Source: an uncultured Candidatus Saccharibacteria bacterium
GTDB taxonomy: Bacteria; Patescibacteriota; Minisyncoccia; JBAYJV01
Length of the DNA stretch: 42,913 bases
Reading direction: 5' to 3'
Assembly: GCA_964398685.1 (NCBI GenBank)
Contig: CAYNNF010000004.1
Location: 12,515 to 55,427 of the forward strand
How positions within the stretch are numbered: position 1 is the first letter of the stretch; the number at the start of each line of letters is the position of its first letter. The position numbers and the translations under genes were made by a program. Shown piece after piece: positions 1-7,854 of the stretch. The notes under the pieces are model-generated. The model saw only the letters and a list, made by a program, of their open reading frames with translations, had not been told where the DNA came from and searched no databases.

Positions 1-155
1 TTTTAGATTTCGGGCTCAGGTCTTTAGTAAGAAGGTATCGAGCCATATCTGAAGGCAAAGAACCGTCTTCTCCTCCGCGCAGAGCTTCGGCGGATCAACC
101 AAAAAAAGAACCAAAAAAAGAGACTGATTCCATTAGACAAAATTCACTGTTTTAG
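1..155 (+). CDS. 3' end of an upstream gene, probably a PolA-type 5'-3' exonuclease (partial)
   Basis: Open frame from position 3 reads LDFGLRSLVRRY...DSIRQNSLF, stop TAG 153-155. It resembles the end of a PolA 5'-3' exonuclease domain, and polA-mutM synteny is common. Only 50 codons are visible. Confidence 0.45.
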   Translation, partial: LDFGLRSLVRRYRAISEGKEPSSPPRRASADQPKKEPKKETDSIRQNSLF

Positions 156-159
156 AAAA

Positions 160-200
160 ACCCACGCATCACAACTTGCTTTGCTCGTCGGGTGCGGGGT
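160..200. repeat. REP-like imperfect GC-rich palindrome
   Basis: ACCCACGCATC...GGTGCGGGGT arms in an AT-rich intergenic region. Confidence 0.5.
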
Positions 201-244
201 GCAAGATTTATTAATTTCACTTTAGTTCAATAAATTAATCTAGC

Positions 245-1141
245 ATGCCCGAGTTACCAGAAGTTGAAACAACCGTAAGAGAATTAAAAAAAACACTCAT
301 AAATTTGGGCGTTGTTGATGTTTGGTCTGATTGGGAAAAATCAATCAAGAGTCAATCTCTTAAAATTTTTAAACAAAACATCGTTGGAGAAAAAATTTTA
401 AACATATCTCGCAGAGCGAAAATTATAATATTTGAATTATCTGGAGAAAAAATCCTCTTGGCTCATCAAAAGATGACGGGCCATTTTTTGATTGGAAATT
501 GGAAATATAACCCGCGAGCAAAAAGAAAGTGGCAGAGTGTAGAGGTCGGACCCTTACACGATCGCGTTAATGACTATATTCATATCATGTTTTGGCTGAA
601 TAATGGCCGACAACTCGCCTTTTCTGATCTTAGAAAATTCGGTTGGGTTTCTTTATATAAAAATACTAAACTTGAAGATATTGCCGAAATAAAATTATTA
701 GGACCTGAACCACTATCAAAAAAATTCACTGTTGATGTTTTAAAAAGACAACTTGCCAAAACACGCCGACCAATTAAACAGGCATTGATGGATCAAAAAA
801 TAATTGCCGGCATTGGTAATATTTACGCTGACGAATCACTTTTTCTGTCAAAAATTCACCCCTTAATACCCGCCAATAAATTAAGTTTCCGAAAAATAAA
901 AGAATTGCACAAAGCAATTCAATCCACCCTCAAAATCGCCATAAAGAATAAAGGCACGACTATTCTTTCAGGCGCTGAAGAATATCGCCTGCCCAGAGGC
1001 GAAAGAGGAAAATATCAAGAAATGAGAAAGGTCTATCGCCGAGAAGGAGAGCCATGTCCAGTTTGTGGCACTAAAATTAAAAGAATAAAAATCGGCCAAA
1101 GAAGCGCTCATTTTTGCAGTGCCTGCCAAAAGCTTGACTGA
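245..1141 (+). CDS. mutM: Formamidopyrimidine-DNA glycosylase (Fpg)
   Basis: N-terminal MPELPEVET, HQKMTG, LGPEPL, GIGNIYADE H2TH motif, C-terminal CPVC...CSAC zinc finger. Confidence 0.97.
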   Translation: MPELPEVETTVRELKKTLINLGVVDVWSDWEKSIKSQSLKIFKQNIVGEKILNISRRAKIIIFELSGEKILLAHQKMTGHFLIGNWKYNPRAKRKWQSVEVGPLHDRVNDYIHIMFWLNNGRQLAFSDLRKFGWVSLYKNTKLEDIAEIKLLGPEPLSKKFTVDVLKRQLAKTRRPIKQALMDQKIIAGIGNIYADESLFLSKIHPLIPANKLSFRKIKELHKAIQSTLKIAIKNKGTTILSGAEEYRLPRGERGKYQEMRKVYRREGEPCPVCGTKIKRIKIGQRSAHFCSACQKLD

Positions 1142-1238
1142 CGGCAGGTCCTATGTGTCAGAAACTAAAAACTGATTCCTGTTAGCAGACAGACCTCAGA
1201 ATCTTGATGAATTGAAAATATAAATAAATATACTTTTA

Positions 1239-1358
1239 AAAATGTGTGTTACCCGTTAACGCACATTTTGTTTTGGTAAAATTTGTTAAAGATAAGTGGT
1301 AAAAAATTAATAATTATTGTTTTTGATTGAATGTGTGGGGGTTATTTGCTAAAGTTAG
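1239..1358 (+). repeat. Intergenic module copy 1: palindrome plus sigma70-like promoter
   Basis: Hairpin AAAATGTGTGTTA-N5-TAACGCACATTTT (1239-1269). Block 1317-1358 is 39/42 identical to 3120-3161 and contains TTGAAT-17 bp-TAAAGT with extended TG. Confidence 0.8.
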
Positions 1359-1392
1359 GGGGTGATAAATGATAATTTTTGTTAAATAAAAG

Positions 1393-2076
1393 ATGAGTAA
1401 ATCATTTACAATTCACGATTTACCCAAAGAAGAACGTCCGCGTGAGCGATTGGTTAAATTTGGCGAACAGGCACTTTCGGTCCAAGAATTATTACAGCTT
1501 ATTTTGGGTCGTGGTGTTGCCGGTGAATCAGTAGTAATTACAGCGCAAAAATTACTATCGCAATTTGGCGGTCTTCAAAAATTAGCCGAGGCAAGTATTG
1601 AGGAATTATCTTTAGTTAAAGGAATTGGGATAGCAAAAGCAACCCAAATAAAAGCCGTTTTTGAAATTGGTCGTCGGCTTTCTACGCAGACCACGCCTTA
1701 TAAGAGCAAAGAACTCACTGATCCAAAAAAAGTGTATCGGTTGATAAAAAACAAACTTAAAGATTATCACAAAGAACATTTTTACATTATTGTTCTTAAT
1801 AGCAGGAATTGGTCAGTCGCAGAAGTTTCGGTTGGCAGTCTTGATGCTAGCATTGTTCATCCGCGCGAAGTATTCTCAGAAGCCATTAAAAATAAGGCGG
1901 CATCAGTTATCTTTGTTCACAATCATCCATCGGGTGACCCCGAACCGTCAGAAGACGATCTAGAAATAACCAAGAGATTGGTTGAGGCCGGCAAAATTTT
2001 GGGGATTAAAGTAATAGATCATATTATAATTACGAAAGATGGATTTTTGAGTTTTAAAGATAAAGGATTATTATAA
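1393..2076 (+). CDS. radC: RadC family JAB/MPN-domain protein
   Basis: ERPRERL N-terminus, HhH motif VKGIGIAKA, VHPREVF, HNHPSGDPEPSEDD, DHIII. Confidence 0.95.
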   Translation: MSKSFTIHDLPKEERPRERLVKFGEQALSVQELLQLILGRGVAGESVVITAQKLLSQFGGLQKLAEASIEELSLVKGIGIAKATQIKAVFEIGRRLSTQTTPYKSKELTDPKKVYRLIKNKLKDYHKEHFYIIVLNSRNWSVAEVSVGSLDASIVHPREVFSEAIKNKAASVIFVHNHPSGDPEPSEDDLEITKRLVEAGKILGIKVIDHIIITKDGFLSFKDKGLL

Positions 2077-2077
2077 C

Positions 2078-2111
2078 TTGACAGCGCTTGTTATGTACAC
2101 TATTATGTACA
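2078..2111 (+). promoter_or_regulatory. Toxin-antitoxin promoter with YefM-type operator
   Basis: TTGACA (2078-2083), 17 bp, TATTAT (2101-2106). Two TGTACA palindromes start at 2094 and 2106, 12 bp apart. Confidence 0.8.
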
Positions 2112-2132
2112 TATAATAGATAATATAAAAAT

Positions 2133-2498
2133 ATGAACATAAAAATGAAAAATATAATATCAATATCCGAAGCAAGAAGCAGAATTTTTGAAATTGCTAA
2201 CGAGGTGCAGACACCAAACAAGATTTATACTTTAACCTCTAACGGCAAACCAAAGGCAATTGTGATGTCTGCCGAAGAATACGAATCAATGATTGAAACC
2301 ATGGAAGTGGAGAGAATTTTCCCTGATTTGGATAAGGATATTGCTGAAACAGAGGAAGCGCTTAAAACAGGAGAATATAAAAAATGGCCCACTCTCAAAG
2401 ATTTGAAAAAAAATTGGGGGTTTGCTGTAGCAGAGAGACCAAAGAAAAAATATGGTATTCATTCTACAAATAAAACCAAAAGCAAGAAAAAATCTTGA
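2133..2498 (+). CDS. Phd/YefM family antitoxin
   Basis: IISISEARSRIFEI...LTSNGKPKAIVMSAEEYESMIETME matches the Phd/YefM pattern. Start may be ATG 2145. Overlaps the toxin gene by 47 nt. Confidence 0.9.
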   Translation: MNIKMKNIISISEARSRIFEIANEVQTPNKIYTLTSNGKPKAIVMSAEEYESMIETMEVERIFPDLDKDIAETEEALKTGEYKKWPTLKDLKKNWGFAVAERPKKKYGIHSTNKTKSKKKS

Positions 2499-2706
2499 TA
2501 AAATTCCGGAAAATTATAGAGTGCGGATAATAACAGCATTAGACGCGATCGTTCTGGACCCTTTTTCTGGCAAAAAATTATTCGGGAAGAGAAAAGATCA
2601 ATATTCTCTTCATGTTTGGCCGTATAGAATTATTTACATTATAAAAAAGACGGAACTTATTGTTTTGATTATTAATGTCGGTCACAGGCAGGGAATTTAT
2701 AAATAA
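2452..2706 (+). CDS. RelE/ParE family toxin
   Basis: 84 aa basic protein with KKLFG, YRIIY and VGHRQGIY motifs, directly downstream of the antitoxin. Confidence 0.9.
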   Translation: MVFILQIKPKARKNLDKIPENYRVRIITALDAIVLDPFSGKKLFGKRKDQYSLHVWPYRIIYIIKKTELIVLIINVGHRQGIYK

Positions 2707-2764
2707 AATTTGCGTATGATTAATTTATTAAATAAATACGCGCGAGGCTAAGTCTCGTACAAAA

Positions 2765-2970
2765 ATGAATAAAAAATTAGAAATTGAAAAACTCCTTGCC
2801 AAAATTGAACGACTAAAAAAGGAAAAATCGATGTTATTTATATTGATCCGCCGTATAGAAAGCTAAAGAGTGGAAATATAATGATAAATATGTAGACAAA
2901 AATGACGGATATAAGCACAGCAAGTGGCTAAACATGATGGAAAAAAGATTGACACTTGCAAAAAATATTA
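2765..2970 (+). pseudogene. Collapsed relic of a Type III R-M methyltransferase (mod)
   Basis: Three out-of-frame pieces: MNKKLEIEKLLAKIERLKK, KGKIDVIYIDPPY (2818-2856), AKEWKYNDKYVDKNDGYKHSKWLNMMEKRLTLAKN (2862-2966). These are hallmark Mod motifs. Confidence 0.85.
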
Positions 2971-2974
2971 AAAT

Positions 2975-3161
2975 AATGTGCGTTACCAAGTAATGCACAT
3001 TTTGTTTTACTATAATTTGCTGACTGAAAATTGATGCAAAAAAAGATATATGTTGGAGGCCGAACCTCCAATATATATCTGTTAAAAATATTTTAACTGT
3101 TTGATTTTGGGTGCGGAAATTGTTTTTGATTGAATATATGGGGGTTATTTGCTAAAATTAG
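2975..3161 (+). repeat. Intergenic module copy 2: palindrome, extra hairpins and promoter
   Basis: 2975-3019 is 37/45 identical to 1241-1285. Extra 16-bp-stem hairpin at 3044-3080. Promoter block 3120-3161 has TTGAAT-17 bp-TAAAAT. Confidence 0.8.
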
Positions 3162-3289
3162 AAAGCAATAATGTATTGTGTTTAGGTATGAGTATTGTAA
3201 CAATAATAGACGCAAATCCAACTATCGAAGTGCCTAAAAAATCGCAAATACATTGAAAGTTAGCGCGCATAAGCTTATCAAGTAAATTT

Positions 3290-4249
3290 ATGACAAATAG
3301 TTTAAAAATTTTAGAACTTCAAAAGACATTCGATATAAATATAATTTATGCGCAAAGAGTTTTTGAGCTTGCCGATAAACAAAATTTAATTTTTGATGCT
3401 ACTCGCATTATAAAAGAAAGGCCAAAGCCATTTGTAAAATGGGTTGGCGGCAAAAGACAACTTTTGGCACAGTTTCGCTTGATGAATCTTTATCCTCCAG
3501 AAAAATTTAATCCGAAAGTTTCAAGATATTTCGAACCCTTTGTCGGTGGTGGTGCGGTATTTTTTGATTTACTTCCCGAAAAAGCTTTTCTGTCTGATTT
3601 AAACAATGAACTCATTATCGCCTATAATGTTATTAAAAATGATGTTGAGCATTTAATAAGATCGCTTAAAAAACACAAGATAGACAAAGAATATTTCTTA
3701 GAAGTTCGTGCGCAAAATCCAGAAAAACTTTCTGACTTAAATACAGCTTCTCGTTTTATTTATTTGAACAGAACATGTTTTAATGGCATGTATCGTGTAA
3801 ATAGCAAGGGTGGTTTTAATGTGCCATTTGGAAAATACACAAACCCTCTTGTCTGCGATGAGGATAATCTTAGAAAAGTATCAAAGTCATTACAGAATGT
3901 TGAAGTAAAAAAACAAGATTACAAAGAAGTCTTGAAAAGAGCTAAAAAAGGAGATTTTGTTTATTTTGATCCTCCTTATTATCCTTTAAATAAAACTGCT
4001 AATTTTGTAAGCTATACAGCTAATGGTTTTTTAGAGAAAGAGCAAAAAGAGTTAAGAAATGTTTATTTTGAATTACATAAAAAGGGTTGTTTTGTGATGC
4101 TTTCAAACTCAAATACTGATTTTATAAAAAAACTTTATTCTGGATTAGATAAAAAAATAAAAATTCATAAAGTAAATGCAAATAGAATGATAAATTCTGA
4201 TGCTTCAAAACGAGGAAAGATTAAAGAGGTTTTGGTTATTAATTATTAA
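3290..4249 (+). CDS. Dam/DpnM-like (D12 class) N6-adenine DNA methyltransferase
   Basis: KWVGGK, YFEPFVGGGAV, LNRTCFNGMYRVN, YFDPPY, MLSNS motifs; about 45 aa N-terminal extension. Confidence 0.93.
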   Translation: MTNSLKILELQKTFDINIIYAQRVFELADKQNLIFDATRIIKERPKPFVKWVGGKRQLLAQFRLMNLYPPEKFNPKVSRYFEPFVGGGAVFFDLLPEKAFLSDLNNELIIAYNVIKNDVEHLIRSLKKHKIDKEYFLEVRAQNPEKLSDLNTASRFIYLNRTCFNGMYRVNSKGGFNVPFGKYTNPLVCDEDNLRKVSKSLQNVEVKKQDYKEVLKRAKKGDFVYFDPPYYPLNKTANFVSYTANGFLEKEQKELRNVYFELHKKGCFVMLSNSNTDFIKKLYSGLDKKIKIHKVNANRMINSDASKRGKIKEVLVINY

Positions 4250-4257
4250 GAAAAAAT

Positions 4258-5016
4258 ATGGCAAAAAACACCTCATGGAATAAAATATTTAAAGATAATA
4301 AAATTCTCGCAAATGATTTTTCTAAAAGCTCGTTCTATTTATCGGCAGAGATGATTAAAAAATCAGTACAGGATTTTAAAAAGACCAATGAGAAGGAAGT
4401 GCGCTGTTTATGTAAAATGGATAGCAGAAAAGACCTGCCAGATATAATGAGAGAAAACGGCCTGATATTATTACCAGTTAAAAATGGTCAATACATTATT
4501 GTAAGGGGTGAGGGTTATGTTGATATTCCCGAAATTGAAGGTGAAGCTGAAATTTACAATACAAAGCTAGATTTTCAACTAGACACCGCAGCGATTGGAA
4601 ATTCTGAAATGCAACATCTTGATTTTGCTTATGCCTCGAGTTTAATCAGAACATTTATGAACGACCCATCGTTGGTATTGACCATAAGGGGGAGAAAGTA
4701 TACACCAGAATTTAGCTATAAAGTTGGAAATAATACAATCGAAACAAAAAGTGTTCAAACTGAAGTGGATGCTGGATACGAAGGAAAAGAAAAAGTCGTT
4801 TTAGTAGAAGCCAAAAATTCTTCTACAAAAAATACAATTATTAGGCAACTATATTATCCATACAGACAGTGGACAGAGCATACAAATAAAGAAGTTTTTT
4901 TGTTATTTTTTGAGAAAAGAATTGACGAATACTTAATTTGGCAATACATGTTTACAGATAAAAACGATTATAATTCGATTAAATTAGTTAAGTCTAAAAA
5001 ATATAAAATTGTTTAA
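4258..5016 (+). CDS. Putative PD-(D/E)xK restriction endonuclease
   Basis: QTEVDAGYE...VLVEAK...IRQLYYPY catalytic-type pattern; lies between two methyltransferase genes. Confidence 0.7.
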   Translation: MAKNTSWNKIFKDNKILANDFSKSSFYLSAEMIKKSVQDFKKTNEKEVRCLCKMDSRKDLPDIMRENGLILLPVKNGQYIIVRGEGYVDIPEIEGEAEIYNTKLDFQLDTAAIGNSEMQHLDFAYASSLIRTFMNDPSLVLTIRGRKYTPEFSYKVGNNTIETKSVQTEVDAGYEGKEKVVLVEAKNSSTKNTIIRQLYYPYRQWTEHTNKEVFLLFFEKRIDEYLIWQYMFTDKNDYNSIKLVKSKKYKIV

Positions 5017-5766
5017 GTGTCTAAAAAAGAAATAAAACTGAATCCAGATCAATTTGAATTAGAATGCACGACCGTCTGGGCTTTTCCTCGTCGTGGTAAT
5101 TGGGCTACACATAAATCTGATTGGCGGGGAAACTGGTCGCCTGAAGTAGCTAGAAATCTTATTTTGCGTTATTCAAATGAGAAAGATCACTTGCTCGACT
5201 GCATGGTTGGAGGTGGTACTACGGCGATAGAAGCAAAAATTTTAAATCGCCATATTACTTGCATTGATATTAATGAGGAAGCAATAAAAAGAACAAAAAA
5301 GTCTCTTGAATTTGAAGTTGATAACAAAGCGAAACAGCGAGTTATGAAATGTGATGCAAGAGATATGGGTTTTATTAAGAATAATGAAATTGATTTTGTT
5401 TTAACTCACCCTCCATACGCAGACATAATAAAATACAGCGATGGTAAGATTAAGGAAGATTTGTCAGGAATTCATGACATAGACGCCTTTGTTGATGAAA
5501 TAGAAAAAGTAGCAAAAGAATTATTTCGAGTTTTAAAAAAAGGGAAATATTGTGCAATCTTGATGGGAGATACTCGCAGAAATAAAATGTACCAACCACT
5601 TGCCTTTAAGGTTATGGAAAAATTTCTAAAAGTTGGGTTTGTTTTAAAAGAAGATATAATAAAAAGACAGTTTAATTGCAAGGCAACAGGTTTTTGGGTT
5701 ACTAAATCAAAAGAATTAAATTTCTTATTGATTATGCATGAACACCTTTTTGTTTTTCAGAAATAA
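5017..5766 (+). CDS. Amino (N4/N6) DNA methyltransferase
   Basis: LLDCMVGGGTT SAM-binding motif followed by THPPY. The GTG start directly abuts the upstream stop. Confidence 0.85.
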   Translation: MSKKEIKLNPDQFELECTTVWAFPRRGNWATHKSDWRGNWSPEVARNLILRYSNEKDHLLDCMVGGGTTAIEAKILNRHITCIDINEEAIKRTKKSLEFEVDNKAKQRVMKCDARDMGFIKNNEIDFVLTHPPYADIIKYSDGKIKEDLSGIHDIDAFVDEIEKVAKELFRVLKKGKYCAILMGDTRRNKMYQPLAFKVMEKFLKVGFVLKEDIIKRQFNCKATGFWVTKSKELNFLLIMHEHLFVFQK

Positions 5767-5861
5767 ATTTTGGATGGATATCAATTCTACTGGTACAAAA
5801 TTCGATAATGACAGAAAAATATTAATCATTTGAATTTCTTTAAAGAAAAATTGGAAAAATA

Positions 5862-5926
5862 TTAAACACCCCACAACTTGTAGGGTGTTTAAGTTTGTAT
5901 AGATAGGCGTTATTTGGTAAAGTTAG
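5862..5926 (+). promoter_or_regulatory. Palindrome plus third, diverged copy of the island promoter
   Basis: Near-perfect 15-bp inverted repeat at 5862-5892, then TTGTAT-17 bp-TAAAGT. 5895-5926 is 26/32 identical to 3130-3161. The ATG lies 7 nt after the -10 element. Confidence 0.7.
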
Positions 5927-5930
5927 AGAC

Positions 5931-6782
5931 ATGTACGATGAAAATGCATTAAAAATATATATTGATGGATCGGCGATAAAGAATAATCCTGGCGCTCAAG
6001 TTGGATGTGCGGGTATAGTTGAATTTCCTGAACATTATAAGAAAGAGAATGAAAAATTATTATGGTCATACAACGTCGGCACTAGCGGAGCAATGGAACT
6101 TTATGCACTAAGTAATGCCTTGTCATGGATAAACCTAAGTATTGCGAAGCTTAAAAAAATAGGTATTAATCAAATAATAATAATTAGCGACAGTTCATTG
6201 GTGGTTAATGGATCTAATAGTTGGGTCTATTCTTGGCAAAAGAATAAATTTAAAAAAAAGAACGGAGAAGCAGTTAGGAACATAGAAATATGGAAAAAAT
6301 TTCTTACTGAAAGGAGAAAAATTAAATTTAACTTAGAGATTAGGTGGCAAGAAAATAAATCTGATAATATAACAAAAGAAGTTGATCAATTAGCAAAAAA
6401 GCAAGCAAGAAAAAAGATTTATAATAAAATTAATTATGATTCTACCTCAAGGAAGGTTGGTCGTAGCTTGAGTGGAAAAAAATTTAAGCTCGAAAACTAT
6501 CCCACGGATTGCCATCATATTTTAGTTAGAGTTTACTATCATTATCTTGTTGACCAACGGAGAAATTCTGATGCTAAAATTCTTTTTGAGGAAATAAAAA
6601 ATAATAAAGTTATTGGAAGATATAATGCTCTTTGTTCGGGAGAAATAAACACAAAATACATAGATCAACATCATTTTTATTATGTCTCAATAAACAGAAA
6701 AAGTGGTCATCCAAGAATTATCAAAATAAAAGAATTAAGCACTACAGAAATGCAGAAACTTAAGAATAATTTTAAAACCTAA
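5931..6782 (+). CDS. RNase HI-fold protein with unknown basic C-terminal domain
   Basis: IYIDGSA, AMELYAL, IISDSSLV, WQKNKFKKKNGEAVRNIEIW and EVDQLAK give the four acidic catalytic residues. About 125 extra C-terminal residues follow. Confidence 0.8.
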   Translation: MYDENALKIYIDGSAIKNNPGAQVGCAGIVEFPEHYKKENEKLLWSYNVGTSGAMELYALSNALSWINLSIAKLKKIGINQIIIISDSSLVVNGSNSWVYSWQKNKFKKKNGEAVRNIEIWKKFLTERRKIKFNLEIRWQENKSDNITKEVDQLAKKQARKKIYNKINYDSTSRKVGRSLSGKKFKLENYPTDCHHILVRVYYHYLVDQRRNSDAKILFEEIKNNKVIGRYNALCSGEINTKYIDQHHFYYVSINRKSGHPRIIKIKELSTTEMQKLKNNFKT

Positions 6783-6822
6783 CTCACATATTCGCGCGCA
6801 TATGCGAGTTAAGATAAAAAAA

Positions 6823-7854
6823 ATGAATCCTAAAAAATATCTATATTTAATCGCTTTTGCATTAATAATTATTAGCATTGTTTTATTTTATATTTTTAGC
6901 AGTCGTGATATTAAAATTGATAATGAATCTAAAAAGCAAGAGATTATTCAATTAACAACTGAAATAAGTCCTATTTCTGGTCTTTCTTGTAAAAATTATA
7001 ATCGCCGGCCATTCGCCGTTATGCTTGCCGAAGATGAAGTTGCGAGGCCGTTATCTGGCCTTCAGGCGGCTGACTTAGTTGTTGAAATGCCCGTGTTAAT
7101 AACCGGCATGAATAGAATGATGGCAATTTATGTTTGCGGGGATCCTCCAGAAATTGGCAGTATTCGTTCGGCTCGTCATGATTTTATTCCAATTGCCATG
7201 GGTTTTGACGCCATTTTCGCTCATTGGGGCGGTTCTCATTTTGCGCTTGATAAATTAAACAACGGTATCATGGATAATATTGACGCCCTTAAATATTCCC
7301 GCACCGCTTTTTGGCGTCAAATTAATTTACCTTCTCCTCATAATGGTTTTACCAGTATTGAAAAATTAAGCGCTCAAGCGGAAAAACTTGGTTATCGCTT
7401 AGAAAATAACTTTGAGGGATATCTGCATAAAAATATCAAAGCTCAAATGTCAAATGTCAAATATAAATTAGAAATTAACTATCCCGGAATATATAAGGTC
7501 TGGTGGGAATATGATCCAAAAACCAATAGTTATGCCAGGTGGCGCAACAATAAACCAGAGAAGGACTTCAATACAGCAAATCAGGTTAAAGCAAAAAATA
7601 TTGTTGTTATGCGCGCCCAATCCCATTATCTTGAAGATCAGTACAACGATGTTGATATTGAAGGTGAAGGTAAAGCAAGCTTTTATTTTGCCGGCAAAGA
7701 AATTGAAGGATCGTGGAAAAAAGAAGGACATTACGAAAAAACCAAGCTCTATTTCTATGATGAAGCAGGTAGCGAAATTGAGTTTGTTCCGGGCCAAATC
7801 TGGATAGAAATTATTGAACCCGAAAAACAAGTAACTTACGAAATGCTAAAATGA
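6823..7854 (+). CDS. DUF3048 family membrane-anchored protein
   Basis: N-terminal TM helix, RRPFAVM, ARPLSGLQAADLVVE, IGSIRSAR, HWGGS, PHNGF. Start placed at ATG 6823 because 6802 lies inside a palindrome. Confidence 0.85.
   Translation: MNPKKYLYLIAFALIIISIVLFYIFSSRDIKIDNESKKQEIIQLTTEISPISGLSCKNYNRRPFAVMLAEDEVARPLSGLQAADLVVEMPVLITGMNRMMAIYVCGDPPEIGSIRSARHDFIPIAMGFDAIFAHWGGSHFALDKLNNGIMDNIDALKYSRTAFWRQINLPSPHNGFTSIEKLSAQAEKLGYRLENNFEGYLHKNIKAQMSNVKYKLEINYPGIYKVWWEYDPKTNSYARWRNNKPEKDFNTANQVKAKNIVVMRAQSHYLEDQYNDVDIEGEGKASFYFAGKEIEGSWKKEGHYEKTKLYFYDEAGSEIEFVPGQIWIEIIEPEKQVTYEMLK

Noticed and set aside
1139-1141. TGA read as Gly (code 25) or Sec
   Set aside because: TGA ends dnaN, metK, rsmI and others at expected lengths, and in-frame readthrough of mutM gives no conserved sequence
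123-1185. Shared ACTGATTCC at 123 and 1171 as a target-site duplication
   Set aside because: Only 9 bp, flanking a core gene, so chance is a sufficient explanation
5931-6782. RNase H gene as part of a retron, DGR or retroelement
   Set aside because: No reverse transcriptase, msr-msd-like structure or TR/VR pair in the window
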